Origin: a virus
Length of the DNA: 64,000 nucleotides
Virus record (IMG/VR): IMGVR_UViG_3300046028_008994
Reading direction: 5' to 3' (one strand)
This document shows positions 49,297 through 58,436 of this stretch, one piece after another (within the stretch, counting starts at the first letter, position 1; each line of letters begins with the position of its first letter). Below the pieces are notes generated by a model that saw only the letters and a list, made by a program, of their open reading frames with translations, searched no databases and was not told the DNA's origin. Position numbers and translations under genes: made by a program.

Positions 49297-50049
49297 ATGA
49301 AATTAATAGCATTAGGAGATACACACGGAAGAGGAATATGGCAACACATAATCCAAAAAGAAAACCCAGACCACATTGTGTTTATAGGGGATTATTTTGA
49401 TTCATTTGATATTCCATACATTGATCAAATGTATAATTTTAAACAAATTATCAATTATAAAAAAACTAACCCTGATAAATGTACATTGTTAATAGGAAAC
49501 CACGATGTTCATTATCAAAGATGGGCCATTACAGGTTTTGAAAATTACTCAGGTTTTCAAAGAGCTCATACTCTTGATATTTGTCAAGAGTTTGAATTGA
49601 ATGAAGATTTATTTCAAATGGCTTACAAAATGGATAATTTTTTATTTACTCATGCTGGTGTAACTAAAACATGGCTTGAAAATATGGAAATTGAAAACGA
49701 TGAAAACATGGTTGATGTTATTAATGATTACGCTAAATTTAAACCTCAATTATTTGGTTTTGGAATTGTTGGTAGAACAGGTTATGTTGATCCTTATGGT
49801 GATAATATTTGGCAAAATCCAACTTGGGTAAGGGAAAGATCGTTAATGAAAGATTCTAAAGATTTAGGCTACATTCAAATAGTAGGTCATACTACTAAAA
49901 ATCAAATAGATATTGAAGGTAAAAGTACTAACTCAAAATATTTTTTCATAGACACATTAGAAACTTCAGGTGAATATTTGATTATTGAAGATGGAGAAAT
50001 AATGTGTAATAGTTGGAAAAAAGATAATTTAAGAAAAAATAAACAATAA
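49297..50049 (+). CDS. calcineurin-like metallophosphoesterase
   Basis: GDTHG, GDYFD, GNHD, HAG, VGHT. Confidence 0.9.
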   Translation: MKLIALGDTHGRGIWQHIIQKENPDHIVFIGDYFDSFDIPYIDQMYNFKQIINYKKTNPDKCTLLIGNHDVHYQRWAITGFENYSGFQRAHTLDICQEFELNEDLFQMAYKMDNFLFTHAGVTKTWLENMEIENDENMVDVINDYAKFKPQLFGFGIVGRTGYVDPYGDNIWQNPTWVRERSLMKDSKDLGYIQIVGHTTKNQIDIEGKSTNSKYFFIDTLETSGEYLIIEDGEIMCNSWKKDNLRKNKQ

Positions 50050-50068
50050 GAGCCCTGTAAAAGGGCTC
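50050..50068 (+). terminator. hairpin after phosphoesterase
   Basis: GAGCCCT-gtaaa-AGGGCTC. Confidence 0.5.
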
Positions 50069-50106
50069 AAATTTTGTAATATTTATTATCGACCAAAACA
50101 ATAAAT

Positions 50107-50805
50107 ATGATGATAAATATATCTAAAAAATGCTCCAAATGTGGAGATAATAAAGAAATTACTGAATTTTCTAAAGACAAATCAAGAAAAGATGGTTATG
50201 CTAATTATTGTAAATTATGTAAGGGTTCTTTAGATAAAAAAATATATGATGGTATAGATAAACAAGTTATTAAATCTAAAAATAAAAATTTATATATAAA
50301 AAATAAAGATATTAAGAAAAAACAAAACATTATATATTATCATAATAATAAAGAAAAATATCTAATAAAATTGAGAGAATATAATAAAATTTATTCTCTT
50401 AATAATAAAGAAAAAAGAAATATTTATCAACGTGTTAGGAGAACTAAAATAAAATATCAAACAAGATGGAGAAATTTATTACTAGACACTCTTAAAAGAT
50501 TAGGTAAAACTAAAGAATCATCAACCCAAGAATTATTAAATTATTCAGCTTTAGATTTAAAAAATCACTTAGATAATCTAGGGATGGATTGGAACAATGA
50601 CCATATAGATCATAAAATTCCTGTTACTTGGTTTAAACCTGAAACACCACCCTATATAGTTAATGATTTAAGAAATTTACAACCATTAAATGAAAATGAT
50701 AATAAATCAAAAGGTAATTTATATATGCATCCTGTTTCTATAGATTTTTTAGAATTAGTTAAACCCCATATTTTAGAAAAATATCAAAATAGTTTGGGAT
50801 TATAA
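50107..50805 (+). CDS. HNH homing endonuclease
   Basis: CSKC...CKLC zinc ribbon; HIDHKIP...NLQPL...NKSKGN. Confidence 0.8.
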   Translation: MMINISKKCSKCGDNKEITEFSKDKSRKDGYANYCKLCKGSLDKKIYDGIDKQVIKSKNKNLYIKNKDIKKKQNIIYYHNNKEKYLIKLREYNKIYSLNNKEKRNIYQRVRRTKIKYQTRWRNLLLDTLKRLGKTKESSTQELLNYSALDLKNHLDNLGMDWNNDHIDHKIPVTWFKPETPPYIVNDLRNLQPLNENDNKSKGNLYMHPVSIDFLELVKPHILEKYQNSLGL

Positions 50806-51034
50806 ATTTTTATTTATATATTCATGCTAATATGATAACACAATCACAATTAAACTCAATAGGTTATTTCACTTGTAGTAATCAACATGAATTTTTTAAT
50901 GGTTCATTTGATTACTTATTTAACATTAGAACTCAAGATTTATGGAGTGTTAATGATGGAATTGGAGAAAATGAGTTTTTGTGTAAGTGTACAGATATAG
51001 AAGAATTAGTTAAATTATTAGAATTAAATCCTTA

Positions 51035-51577
51035 ATGATATCAGAAAGTAGTATAATAGAAGGTTGTTTGAATGAAAACAAAACATACCAAAATGAGTTA
51101 TATAAACGATACTCAAGTAAAATGATGGTAGTGTGTTTGAGATACGCAAAGGATAAAATGGAAGCCGAAGATATTTTGCAAGAAGGTTTCATAAAAATTT
51201 ATGATAATATTTCTAAATTTAGGATGCAAGGTTCTTTCGAGGGTTGGATTAGACGAATTATGGTGAATACTGCTCTTAATAAAATAAAAACCACCAAAAT
51301 GGTGTTTGAAAATATAGATGATATTGGTGATGAATTTATTGAACCGATTATTGAAGATACAACATTGAATGAAAAAGTATTATTAGATATAATAAGTAAA
51401 TTACCTAAAGGATACAAATATGTATTTAATATGTACGCAATTGAAGGTTTTAATCATAAAGAAATTGCTAATAGTTTAGGGATAGAAGAAGCGAGCTCAA
51501 GAAGCCAATACGCGAAAGCAAAAAAATATTTACAACAAAAATTAATTGAATTACAAAATGGAGAAATTAACAAATAA
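51035..51577 (+). CDS. ECF sigma-70 factor (Bacteroidota type)
   Basis: AEDILQEGFIKI, SFEGWIRRIMVN, LP.GY..VFNMYAIEGFNHKEIA. Confidence 0.92.
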   Translation: MISESSIIEGCLNENKTYQNELYKRYSSKMMVVCLRYAKDKMEAEDILQEGFIKIYDNISKFRMQGSFEGWIRRIMVNTALNKIKTTKMVFENIDDIGDEFIEPIIEDTTLNEKVLLDIISKLPKGYKYVFNMYAIEGFNHKEIANSLGIEEASSRSQYAKAKKYLQQKLIELQNGEINK

Positions 51578-51839
51578 AACAGATAAATTGATTAGATCTA
51601 CTTTAAAAGTAGAAAAAAGATATGATTGGGAAAGAATTGATGGTAAAAAAACATTAGCAGAAAAAATGACACAACAAACAATAGAATTAATGAAAGGGTT
51701 TCACATTTGGATTGATACTCACTATCTTCAAGGTACACACTTTGAAGTAAATGCTTTTTATGTTCCTAAAGTAGGTAAATTTGAAAACTATACTTTAGAT
51801 GAATTAGCTATCAAATACTTAGAAGAATGTACCTTATAG
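51558..51839 (+). CDS. hypothetical protein
   Basis: Coupled ORF. Confidence 0.5.
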   Translation: MEKLTNKTDKLIRSTLKVEKRYDWERIDGKKTLAEKMTQQTIELMKGFHIWIDTHYLQGTHFEVNAFYVPKVGKFENYTLDELAIKYLEECTL

Positions 51840-51995
51840 AAAATAAAGAAAATGAACAATGGTTAACAGTTGGAGGTAATACAACTAAAGATACAACACA
51901 CCCCGGCTTAATATCATTTGATAATAAAGAAGAAGCAGAACTTACCTTATTATCTTTAAAAACAGACAATTGGAGAATAATTAAAATAAAATAAT

Positions 51996-52262
51996 ATGCC
52001 TAGATTTTTAGAGTACGTAGAAACAGAAGCCGAATTAGATATTTCAGTAAGTGATTTTTATAATGAATTAAATCATAAAGAAGTAAAAGAACTTATTAAT
52101 ATACTAATTGAAGAAGATTACATCAAAAGAAATGATGTTGTTGAAGATGAATCAATATATGAATGGGAATTCAATAAAATAATTACTAAAATAGCAAATA
52201 ATAGAGTGATGTTAACCGCAGAAGAAGAGGAATTACTTAAAAAAATATCTGATAGATTCTAA
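51996..52262 (+). CDS. hypothetical protein
   Basis: 88 aa, acidic. Confidence 0.55.
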   Translation: MPRFLEYVETEAELDISVSDFYNELNHKEVKELINILIEEDYIKRNDVVEDESIYEWEFNKIITKIANNRVMLTAEEEELLKKISDRF

Positions 52263-52273
52263 TATTTATAAGC

Positions 52274-52483
52274 ATGACATTCAATGATTTTAACTTAAGA
52301 AAAAAACAATGGTTCCTTGAATGGAGTGAGAAATGGGGACCTATGGATGTAGATTTAAAAACATTCATGTTAATGCATGGTGTCACGGAAGATCAATTTA
52401 ATGAATTGAGTAATTATAAACCTAATGTACCATCTCCAAGTAAAGATGATTATGATGATTTTCATCCTCACGAATCCTTTTAA
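52274..52483 (+). CDS. hypothetical protein behind AATATTTATA motif
   Basis: Motif 52261-52270. Confidence 0.6.
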   Translation: MTFNDFNLRKKQWFLEWSEKWGPMDVDLKTFMLMHGVTEDQFNELSNYKPNVPSPSKDDYDDFHPHESF

Positions 52484-52495
52484 ATATTTATTATT

Positions 52496-53095
52496 ATGAA
52501 TAATGAGTTTAAAAGATTACAGCAGTTAGCTGGTATTAAAGAAATAACTATAAGTGATCCAACTAAACCAAATATAAATAATTTAGAAATAGGAGATAAA
52601 TTATTAGTTAAGTATATAGATCCATTAGATATTTTTTTGGGTTTTAAAGTAGGGGAGGTTTGGGAAGTAGTGGAAATTGATGATGATCGTAGTTATTATA
52701 GATTAGAAAGAAATAACTCAAGTATTGGTTTTCGAGGAAAAAACATGAAAGACTTAGTTAATAAAGGTACATTTGAATATGCTAGAGGACCTGAAATTAA
52801 TGAGATGGTAGTTAAAGATCCTCGAACTAAAAACCTAATTGGTGATATAGTTCTTTTAGATAAAAAGTTTATTGATAAAATATCAAAAATGCCATCTGAT
52901 TTTAATCAAACAAAATTAGCCAATGATTTTTATGGTAAATATGAAGACTATGGAATTATAGATGCATTAGATATGGATTATGATGAATTAAGAGAAAAAC
53001 TTGGGAATCAACAATATAAATCATTAATGAAATTATATGAAGAACTAAAGTTAATGATGAATAAATTACCAAACACTATTGATGAAATATTTTAA
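52496..53095 (+). CDS. protein with NEFKRLQQLAGI leader
   Basis: Leader shared with 57452; internal INEMVVKDP repeat of the junction motif. Confidence 0.7.
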   Translation: MNNEFKRLQQLAGIKEITISDPTKPNINNLEIGDKLLVKYIDPLDIFLGFKVGEVWEVVEIDDDRSYYRLERNNSSIGFRGKNMKDLVNKGTFEYARGPEINEMVVKDPRTKNLIGDIVLLDKKFIDKISKMPSDFNQTKLANDFYGKYEDYGIIDALDMDYDELREKLGNQQYKSLMKLYEELKLMMNKLPNTIDEIF

Positions 53096-53112
53096 AACAT
53101 TATAATATTTAT

Positions 53113-53149
53113 ACAAAATAACAAAATAACAAAATAACAAAATAACAAA
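53113..53149 (+). repeat. tandem ACAAAATA x4.5
   Basis: Between AATATTTATA (53104) and ATG 53149. Confidence 0.85.
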
Positions 53150-53484
53150 TGAAAAAAGCAGACAACTTTAACCCAGGAAAGTGGTTAGTAGAAAACAAAT
53201 TAACTAGTACTTCCAAATTATTAAACGAAAACAAAAATTTAGGTCCTAATGATTTTGATACATTTCAGTGGAAAGATGCCCCCGCAAACCCAAATGCTCA
53301 AGTAAAAGACTTAGAAGAAGGTGATACTATGTCTAAAAAAGATTTTTGGGATGGAAATGTTACAGACCGTGGAGATGATAGTATACCATCATATGGTAGT
53401 GAAGATGAAAACGGTGTATGGACATTTTCTTGGGATTCTGGTGAATTTGAAGGATTTGTTGAAGGTGAAGATTTCACAATTTAA
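53149..53484 (+). CDS. acidic protein with shared MKKADNFNPGKWLVENKL leader
   Basis: Leader identical to 8669. Confidence 0.75.
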   Translation: MKKADNFNPGKWLVENKLTSTSKLLNENKNLGPNDFDTFQWKDAPANPNAQVKDLEEGDTMSKKDFWDGNVTDRGDDSIPSYGSEDENGVWTFSWDSGEFEGFVEGEDFTI

Positions 53485-53508
53485 CTAATTACAAAATATT
53501 TTTAATTT

Positions 53509-53543
53509 AAGGCTTGGGAAACCAAGCCTTTTTTTGTATATTA
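53509..53543 (+). promoter_or_regulatory. Terminator hairpin overlapping promoter
   Basis: Same sequence as the 8987 element. Confidence 0.75.
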
Positions 53544-53549
53544 AGGTAT

Positions 53550-54797
53550 ATGGTTAAACTTTCACACGCAGGAAACAATATAGTTGGTTCCGAAATTATT
53601 AAAATCTCACAACACATAAAGCAAGTACAAAAAACAAAACGTGTCTTAAATTTAACAATGGGTGATTTTGATCCTTACGTTAATCCAATTCCTGAAACGT
53701 TAAAAGAGGAAATAATAAATGCTTATTCAATTGATTTAACTAATTATCCATTATCTTCAGGTGAATTATCTTTAAGACAATCAGTTAGTAGTTATTTTAA
53801 ATATAGGAGAGGTATTAAATATAATGAAAACGAGATATTGGTAGGATGTGGCGTCAGACCATTGATTTATACCGTATTTAAAGCGATTGTAGATGAAGGT
53901 GATGTAGTTGTGTATCCTGTACCTTCTTGGAATAATAACCACTACTCATTTTTACACAATGCTGATTTAGAACCAATTGAATGTACACCTGAGAATGCTT
54001 TCTTTCCAACAGTTGAGGATATTGAATTAAGAATACATTACACAACATTGGTTTGTTTATGTTCACCTCAAAACCCAACAGGTAGAATAATTGATAAACA
54101 AGTATTAAAAGGTATATGTGATGTTATTGTTAATGAAAATAAACGTAGAGGTAGTTATGAAAAACCTTGTTATTTATTCTTTGACCAAATTTATTCTGAT
54201 TTAGTTGGTAAGGAATTTACACATCCATTAGATGTTTGTCCTGAAATTAGAGAATATTTAATATGTGCTGATGGTATTTCAAAATCGTTATGTGCAACAG
54301 GTGTTAGAGTAGGTTGGTTAATGGGGCCTCAAAACATTATAGATAAAATGACTGAAATATTTTCACATATTGGGGCTTGGGCTGCTAAACCGGAACAAAA
54401 CGCTGTAGCATTTTATTTAAATAATAGAGAAGATATTGGTGAATTTATTCAACAAAAACAACAACAATATGATTTTATATCCTCTAAAATAATAAATTTA
54501 TTTAACTTAATGAAAGTAAAAGATTATGATGTTGATTGTCAGAATTCAGATGGTGGTATTTATATTTCAGTTTATTTAGGTTATGTTAATAATTTTCCAA
54601 CCACTGAAGAATATATTAATTTTTTAATTGAAAAATGTGGTTTAGGAATTGTACCTTTTGAGTATTTTGGTTCAAAAGAAAATAAAGGTTGGTTTAGAAT
54701 ATCAATTGGTAGTATTGATTCTAATAATATACACAATGTATTAGAAATAATTCATAATGCAATTATAAAATCTTCAAAAACAGATTTGGTTGCTTAA
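53550..54797 (+). CDS. class I/II PLP aminotransferase (aspartate aminotransferase-like)
   Basis: SPQNPTG, FDQIY, DGISKSLCATGVRVGW, WFRIS. Confidence 0.92.
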   Translation: MVKLSHAGNNIVGSEIIKISQHIKQVQKTKRVLNLTMGDFDPYVNPIPETLKEEIINAYSIDLTNYPLSSGELSLRQSVSSYFKYRRGIKYNENEILVGCGVRPLIYTVFKAIVDEGDVVVYPVPSWNNNHYSFLHNADLEPIECTPENAFFPTVEDIELRIHYTTLVCLCSPQNPTGRIIDKQVLKGICDVIVNENKRRGSYEKPCYLFFDQIYSDLVGKEFTHPLDVCPEIREYLICADGISKSLCATGVRVGWLMGPQNIIDKMTEIFSHIGAWAAKPEQNAVAFYLNNREDIGEFIQQKQQQYDFISSKIINLFNLMKVKDYDVDCQNSDGGIYISVYLGYVNNFPTTEEYINFLIEKCGLGIVPFEYFGSKENKGWFRISIGSIDSNNIHNVLEIIHNAIIKSSKTDLVA

Positions 54798-54837
54798 AAT
54801 CAATTTCGTACATTCACAACATAATAAAAAATAATAT

Positions 54838-55929
54838 ATGAATAATAGAGTATGTTTTAAAGCTGATGGAACTGATGAAACAGGTGTTAAAATTATTAAT
54901 GAATTAATAAGATTGGGTGGAAAGAACCCAAGTGATTATTATGGTACTTCTAATAACCGTTATTATTATATCAATGATAAAGGTAATGTAGATTTGGAAT
55001 ATGCTATTCCTGAAGGATATACATTAACAGAGTTACCATCTGAAGTAAAACTTAATATTAATAATAAAGTGTGTTTTAAATCTGATGGAACTGATAAAAC
55101 AGGTACTAAAATTATTAATGAATTAATAAGATTGGGTGGAAATAATTCAGGTAAATATAGTGGAAATGGTATAACATATCCTTTTTATTATATTACTGAT
55201 GAAGGATATATTACTCAGGAAAGTTATGTTCCTGAAGGATACACATTAACAGAGTTACCATCTGAAGTGAAACTTAATATTGGTGATGCTGTTAGGGTAA
55301 AACCGGATGCTCGTTATAGAACAGCTGTAGAGAATGATTGGAGAAGTGGTCCATTTAAACAAACAGCAAGAGAAATCCAATATATCTTTAAAATAGAAGG
55401 AGATCTTATTTGTATAGATTATAAAGATTATTGGGACCGAGATTACTTTGTAGTAGAAAGAAAAAACGTAGAATTAGTAGAATCAAAAATAAAAGAAATA
55501 AATATGAAAAATAGAATATTAACACCACAAAATGCAACTCGAATTATTACCATTGCTTGCTCAACTTGGAAACCAAAATTAGCTGAAAAATGGGCAACAA
55601 ATATTGTCTTAAACAAAGACACTGAAATCTCAGAGGAATTTTATCAAGAAATGAGAAAAGCTTGTACCTCAGACCAAAACACATTATTTGATGAAATATT
55701 TGGTAGTGATGAACAATTAATTAATATCAGTGATTTAGAGATAGGTGAGGCAATGAAAATTTATGATAATAATTCTCGTTGGAATGGTATAATTATAATG
55801 AGAATATGGGCTGAGGTTGATGAAGTTAGATATGTTGATATTAATAATCCTAGAAGTACTTGGAATAATAATCCTAAATTTATAGGTAAAAAAGTTAAAT
55901 TAACAATTACACACGAGGAAATAAATTAA
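54838..55929 (+). CDS. mosaic protein with tandem N-terminal domain duplication
   Basis: NN.VCFK.DGTD.TG.KIINELIRLGG...PEGYTLTELPSEVKLNI occurs twice. Confidence 0.7.
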   Translation: MNNRVCFKADGTDETGVKIINELIRLGGKNPSDYYGTSNNRYYYINDKGNVDLEYAIPEGYTLTELPSEVKLNINNKVCFKSDGTDKTGTKIINELIRLGGNNSGKYSGNGITYPFYYITDEGYITQESYVPEGYTLTELPSEVKLNIGDAVRVKPDARYRTAVENDWRSGPFKQTAREIQYIFKIEGDLICIDYKDYWDRDYFVVERKNVELVESKIKEINMKNRILTPQNATRIITIACSTWKPKLAEKWATNIVLNKDTEISEEFYQEMRKACTSDQNTLFDEIFGSDEQLINISDLEIGEAMKIYDNNSRWNGIIIMRIWAEVDEVRYVDINNPRSTWNNNPKFIGKKVKLTITHEEIN

Positions 55930-55951
55930 GTAAATTTAAAAATAATTGATT

Positions 55952-55990
55952 AGAGGGTTGGTTTCCAACCCTCTTTTTTGTATGTTTACA
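55952..55990 (+). promoter_or_regulatory. Terminator hairpin overlapping promoter
   Basis: AGAGGGTTGG-ttt-CCAACCCTCT, T-run, GTATGTTTACA. Confidence 0.72.
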
Positions 55991-55993
55991 TCA

Positions 55994-56257
55994 ATGAAAC
56001 AAACAGTAATAAAATATTATACAAACCAACAAATTACATTGGGTGAAGCTATTGAAATAATGGAAGAATATACCAAGTTAATAGATAAAGAAGGTGCATT
56101 AACTAAAGCTATGATTGATCAAATAATTAACCCAATGAATCCATTTGGTCCTGGTATGCTTCAACAAGCTGTTAAAATATCTGTTGAAACAGTTGAACAC
56201 ACTTTAGATATTACAAAAGTTCACAACAAAGAAGGAAAACTAATCAAAATATTTTAG
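55994..56257 (+). CDS. hypothetical protein
   Basis: Follows promoter. Confidence 0.55.
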   Translation: MKQTVIKYYTNQQITLGEAIEIMEEYTKLIDKEGALTKAMIDQIINPMNPFGPGMLQQAVKISVETVEHTLDITKVHNKEGKLIKIF

Positions 56258-56299
56258 AAAAAATTTGGAGCAATAAAAATCAATTCGTATGTTTACACT

Positions 56300-56500
56300 A
56301 TGTTATTAGAAGAAGCAAAAATACTAGCCCAACAAGGAATTAAAGTAACACATCGTTATTTCACATCTGATGAATATATGACAATGCGCGGTAATATGAT
56401 TGTGTTTGAAGATGGTTGTGAAATATTCTTCAATGATTGGGTTGAAGGTAAAGATTATTTAAAAGAAGGTTGGGAAAAATTTGAAAAAGATTTGGAGTAG
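56300..56500 (+). CDS. hypothetical protein
   Basis: KVTHRYF..DEY; own promoter. Confidence 0.6.
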   Translation: MLLEEAKILAQQGIKVTHRYFTSDEYMTMRGNMIVFEDGCEIFFNDWVEGKDYLKEGWEKFEKDLE

Positions 56501-56559
56501 TGAGATTCGATTCGTATGTTTACATCAATAAAAAAATAAAAAATAAATAAATAAAGGTT

Positions 56560-56949
56560 ATGTCAAAAAAATCATCAAAAACAGCAAAAGTTGCAGAAAC
56601 AGTAGTAGAAACAGTAGCAACAGTAGAAACAGCAGTAGTTGAAACAGTAGTAGAAACACCTGCAGTAGAAGAAGTAGCAACAGCAGTAGAAGCAGTTGCT
56701 GAACCAAAACAATTAGGCCGTAAAGTTAATCCTAATTCAGTTCGTCAACAAAAATTAGCTAAAATTGCAGAATTAAAAGCTCAAGGTGTTGAAATTAAAA
56801 GAGGTCGTAATGCAAACCCAGAATCAAAGAACCAACAAAAACAAATGAGATTTGAAGCGTTGCGTGCTCAAGGTTTTGAAGTAAAAAGAGGTAGACCAAA
56901 AATGATTAAAGCTGAAGTAGTAAATGTTGAAGCTGTAGTTGAAAATTAA
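56560..56949 (+). CDS. putative DNA-binding protein with AT-hook-like motifs
   Basis: Low-complexity VETV N-terminus; GRKVNPNS, KRGRNANPES, KRGRPK. Confidence 0.6.
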   Translation: MSKKSSKTAKVAETVVETVATVETAVVETVVETPAVEEVATAVEAVAEPKQLGRKVNPNSVRQQKLAKIAELKAQGVEIKRGRNANPESKNQQKQMRFEALRAQGFEVKRGRPKMIKAEVVNVEAVVEN

Positions 56950-57030
56950 TTAGAACACTTGAAAACAATTTAAGAAAGGCTTGATTTTCCAAGCCTTCTT
57001 TTATATATTTATAACATAATAAAAAATCAA

Positions 57031-57429
57031 ATGAAAATAAATAATCCAGTAAATGCTCTTATTAAAATAGGCAAGTACGTAGTTAATCCATCAACATCAA
57101 CAAATAAACAACTAACTAGATATACTTGGGATGATGCTGTTAGTAAAAAAATAGTTAAAAGTGTAACTAAAAACAATGTTGAAAATTTATTCAACACTTT
57201 AGGAATAAAACCAACCAAAGTAGAAGTAGAAGATATTTATGGTCGTGCATCTATTTATGTGTTTGGTGAAGTAAACGGAACTAAAATAATATATGCTAGA
57301 AGAGAAAGTGATTCACCAATGGCAGGACAAACTAAAGTTTATTCACCATACGCTGTAGTTAGATTATTACATATAAAAAATCTACCTAAAGATGAAATAT
57401 TACAAGCATTAAAAATACCTAACTCTTAA
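57031..57429 (+). CDS. hypothetical protein starting MKINNP
   Basis: TATATTTATA upstream; start equals the post-leader motif of 11704 (EIKINNP). Confidence 0.6.
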   Translation: MKINNPVNALIKIGKYVVNPSTSTNKQLTRYTWDDAVSKKIVKSVTKNNVENLFNTLGIKPTKVEVEDIYGRASIYVFGEVNGTKIIYARRESDSPMAGQTKVYSPYAVVRLLHIKNLPKDEILQALKIPNS

Positions 57430-57451
57430 AAATATTTAAATATTTATAATC

Positions 57452-57808
57452 ATGAAAAAAGAAGTATTAAACGAAGAATTTCTTAGAATGCAAGAATTAG
57501 CAGGTATTGTTAATGAAATGCCTATAATAAAAAATCCATTATTAAATAAACGTGCAATTGAAGTAATTAAAGAATGGATTTGGTATACTTGTGATGAAGG
57601 ACAAGCAACAGATGATATCAACAAATATAATAAAATGGTTGACGAATATTTTGCTAATAAGAATGAAGTTATTTCAAAAGAGGATTTTCACAAAATTTGG
57701 GAAAAAGTAGTTGAAAAATGGGGAGTTGGAGATGTGGGAGCTGATTGGGAAGCTTTTGACGAAACATGGGAAGATGTTCAAAACGGTACTTTAATGGGAA
57801 CATATTAA
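57452..57808 (+). CDS. protein with LNEEFLRMQELAGI leader
   Basis: AATATTTATA 3 nt upstream; NEMPII shared with 8669. Confidence 0.7.
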   Translation: MKKEVLNEEFLRMQELAGIVNEMPIIKNPLLNKRAIEVIKEWIWYTCDEGQATDDINKYNKMVDEYFANKNEVISKEDFHKIWEKVVEKWGVGDVGADWEAFDETWEDVQNGTLMGTY

Positions 57809-57830
57809 TAAAAATATATAATATTTTAAG

Positions 57831-57868
57831 AGAGGCTTGGGAAACTAAGCCTCTTTTTGTATGTTCAC
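57831..57868 (+). promoter_or_regulatory. Terminator hairpin overlapping promoter
   Basis: AGAGGCTTGG-gaaa-CTAAGCCTCT, T-run, GTATGTTCAC. Confidence 0.72.
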
Positions 57869-57871
57869 CGT

Positions 57872-58114
57872 ATGAAAAAATTATCAGAAAAAACAACACA
57901 AATATACAATGTTGAAACATACAGTGCAATTGATGTTTCTTTAGTATACAAAGGTGAAGATTATAATGTAGAAATAAAAGTATATGATGGGTTTGATAGT
58001 GGAAAAATTAATGCTCCTGTTATATATGATTTAAGTGATAATAAATTGATTAATCCCTTAGATCCTATTTTTGATGAAATAATCGAGTATGTTGAATCTC
58101 AAGTAATAAAATGA
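57872..58114 (+). CDS. hypothetical protein, paralog of the C-terminal half of 61082
   Basis: YK...Y.VEI...DPI.DEII.Y.E shared. Confidence 0.6.
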   Translation: MKKLSEKTTQIYNVETYSAIDVSLVYKGEDYNVEIKVYDGFDSGKINAPVIYDLSDNKLINPLDPIFDEIIEYVESQVIK

Positions 58115-58227
58115 AACCATTAACAAGAGAACAATTAATTAAAAACGGAACATGCTGTGGATTAAAATGTATGAATTGTCCTTACATTCCAAAAGCAGTT
58201 AAAGGTAATAAAAATTTAACTAAATAA
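58111..58227 (+). CDS. small Cys-rich protein (DUF5522-like; not in ORF track)
   Basis: GTCCGLKCMNCPY. Confidence 0.6.
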   Translation: MKPLTREQLIKNGTCCGLKCMNCPYIPKAVKGNKNLTK

Positions 58228-58436
58228 AAACATATTTGGTTACCTGAGATAAATTTCGTATATTCACATCATAATAAAAAAATATGAGTAATATAAAAAA
58301 TTTAACAATCGAGGATATTAATGAAATAATGGAAGCAATTGAAACTACATCTGTTAAAGTGTATTGGAAAGAGTTTGATGAAATTAAATTAGCATTAATG
58401 AAATTAGTAGTTGATAAAAAACAAGCGTAAATAATA

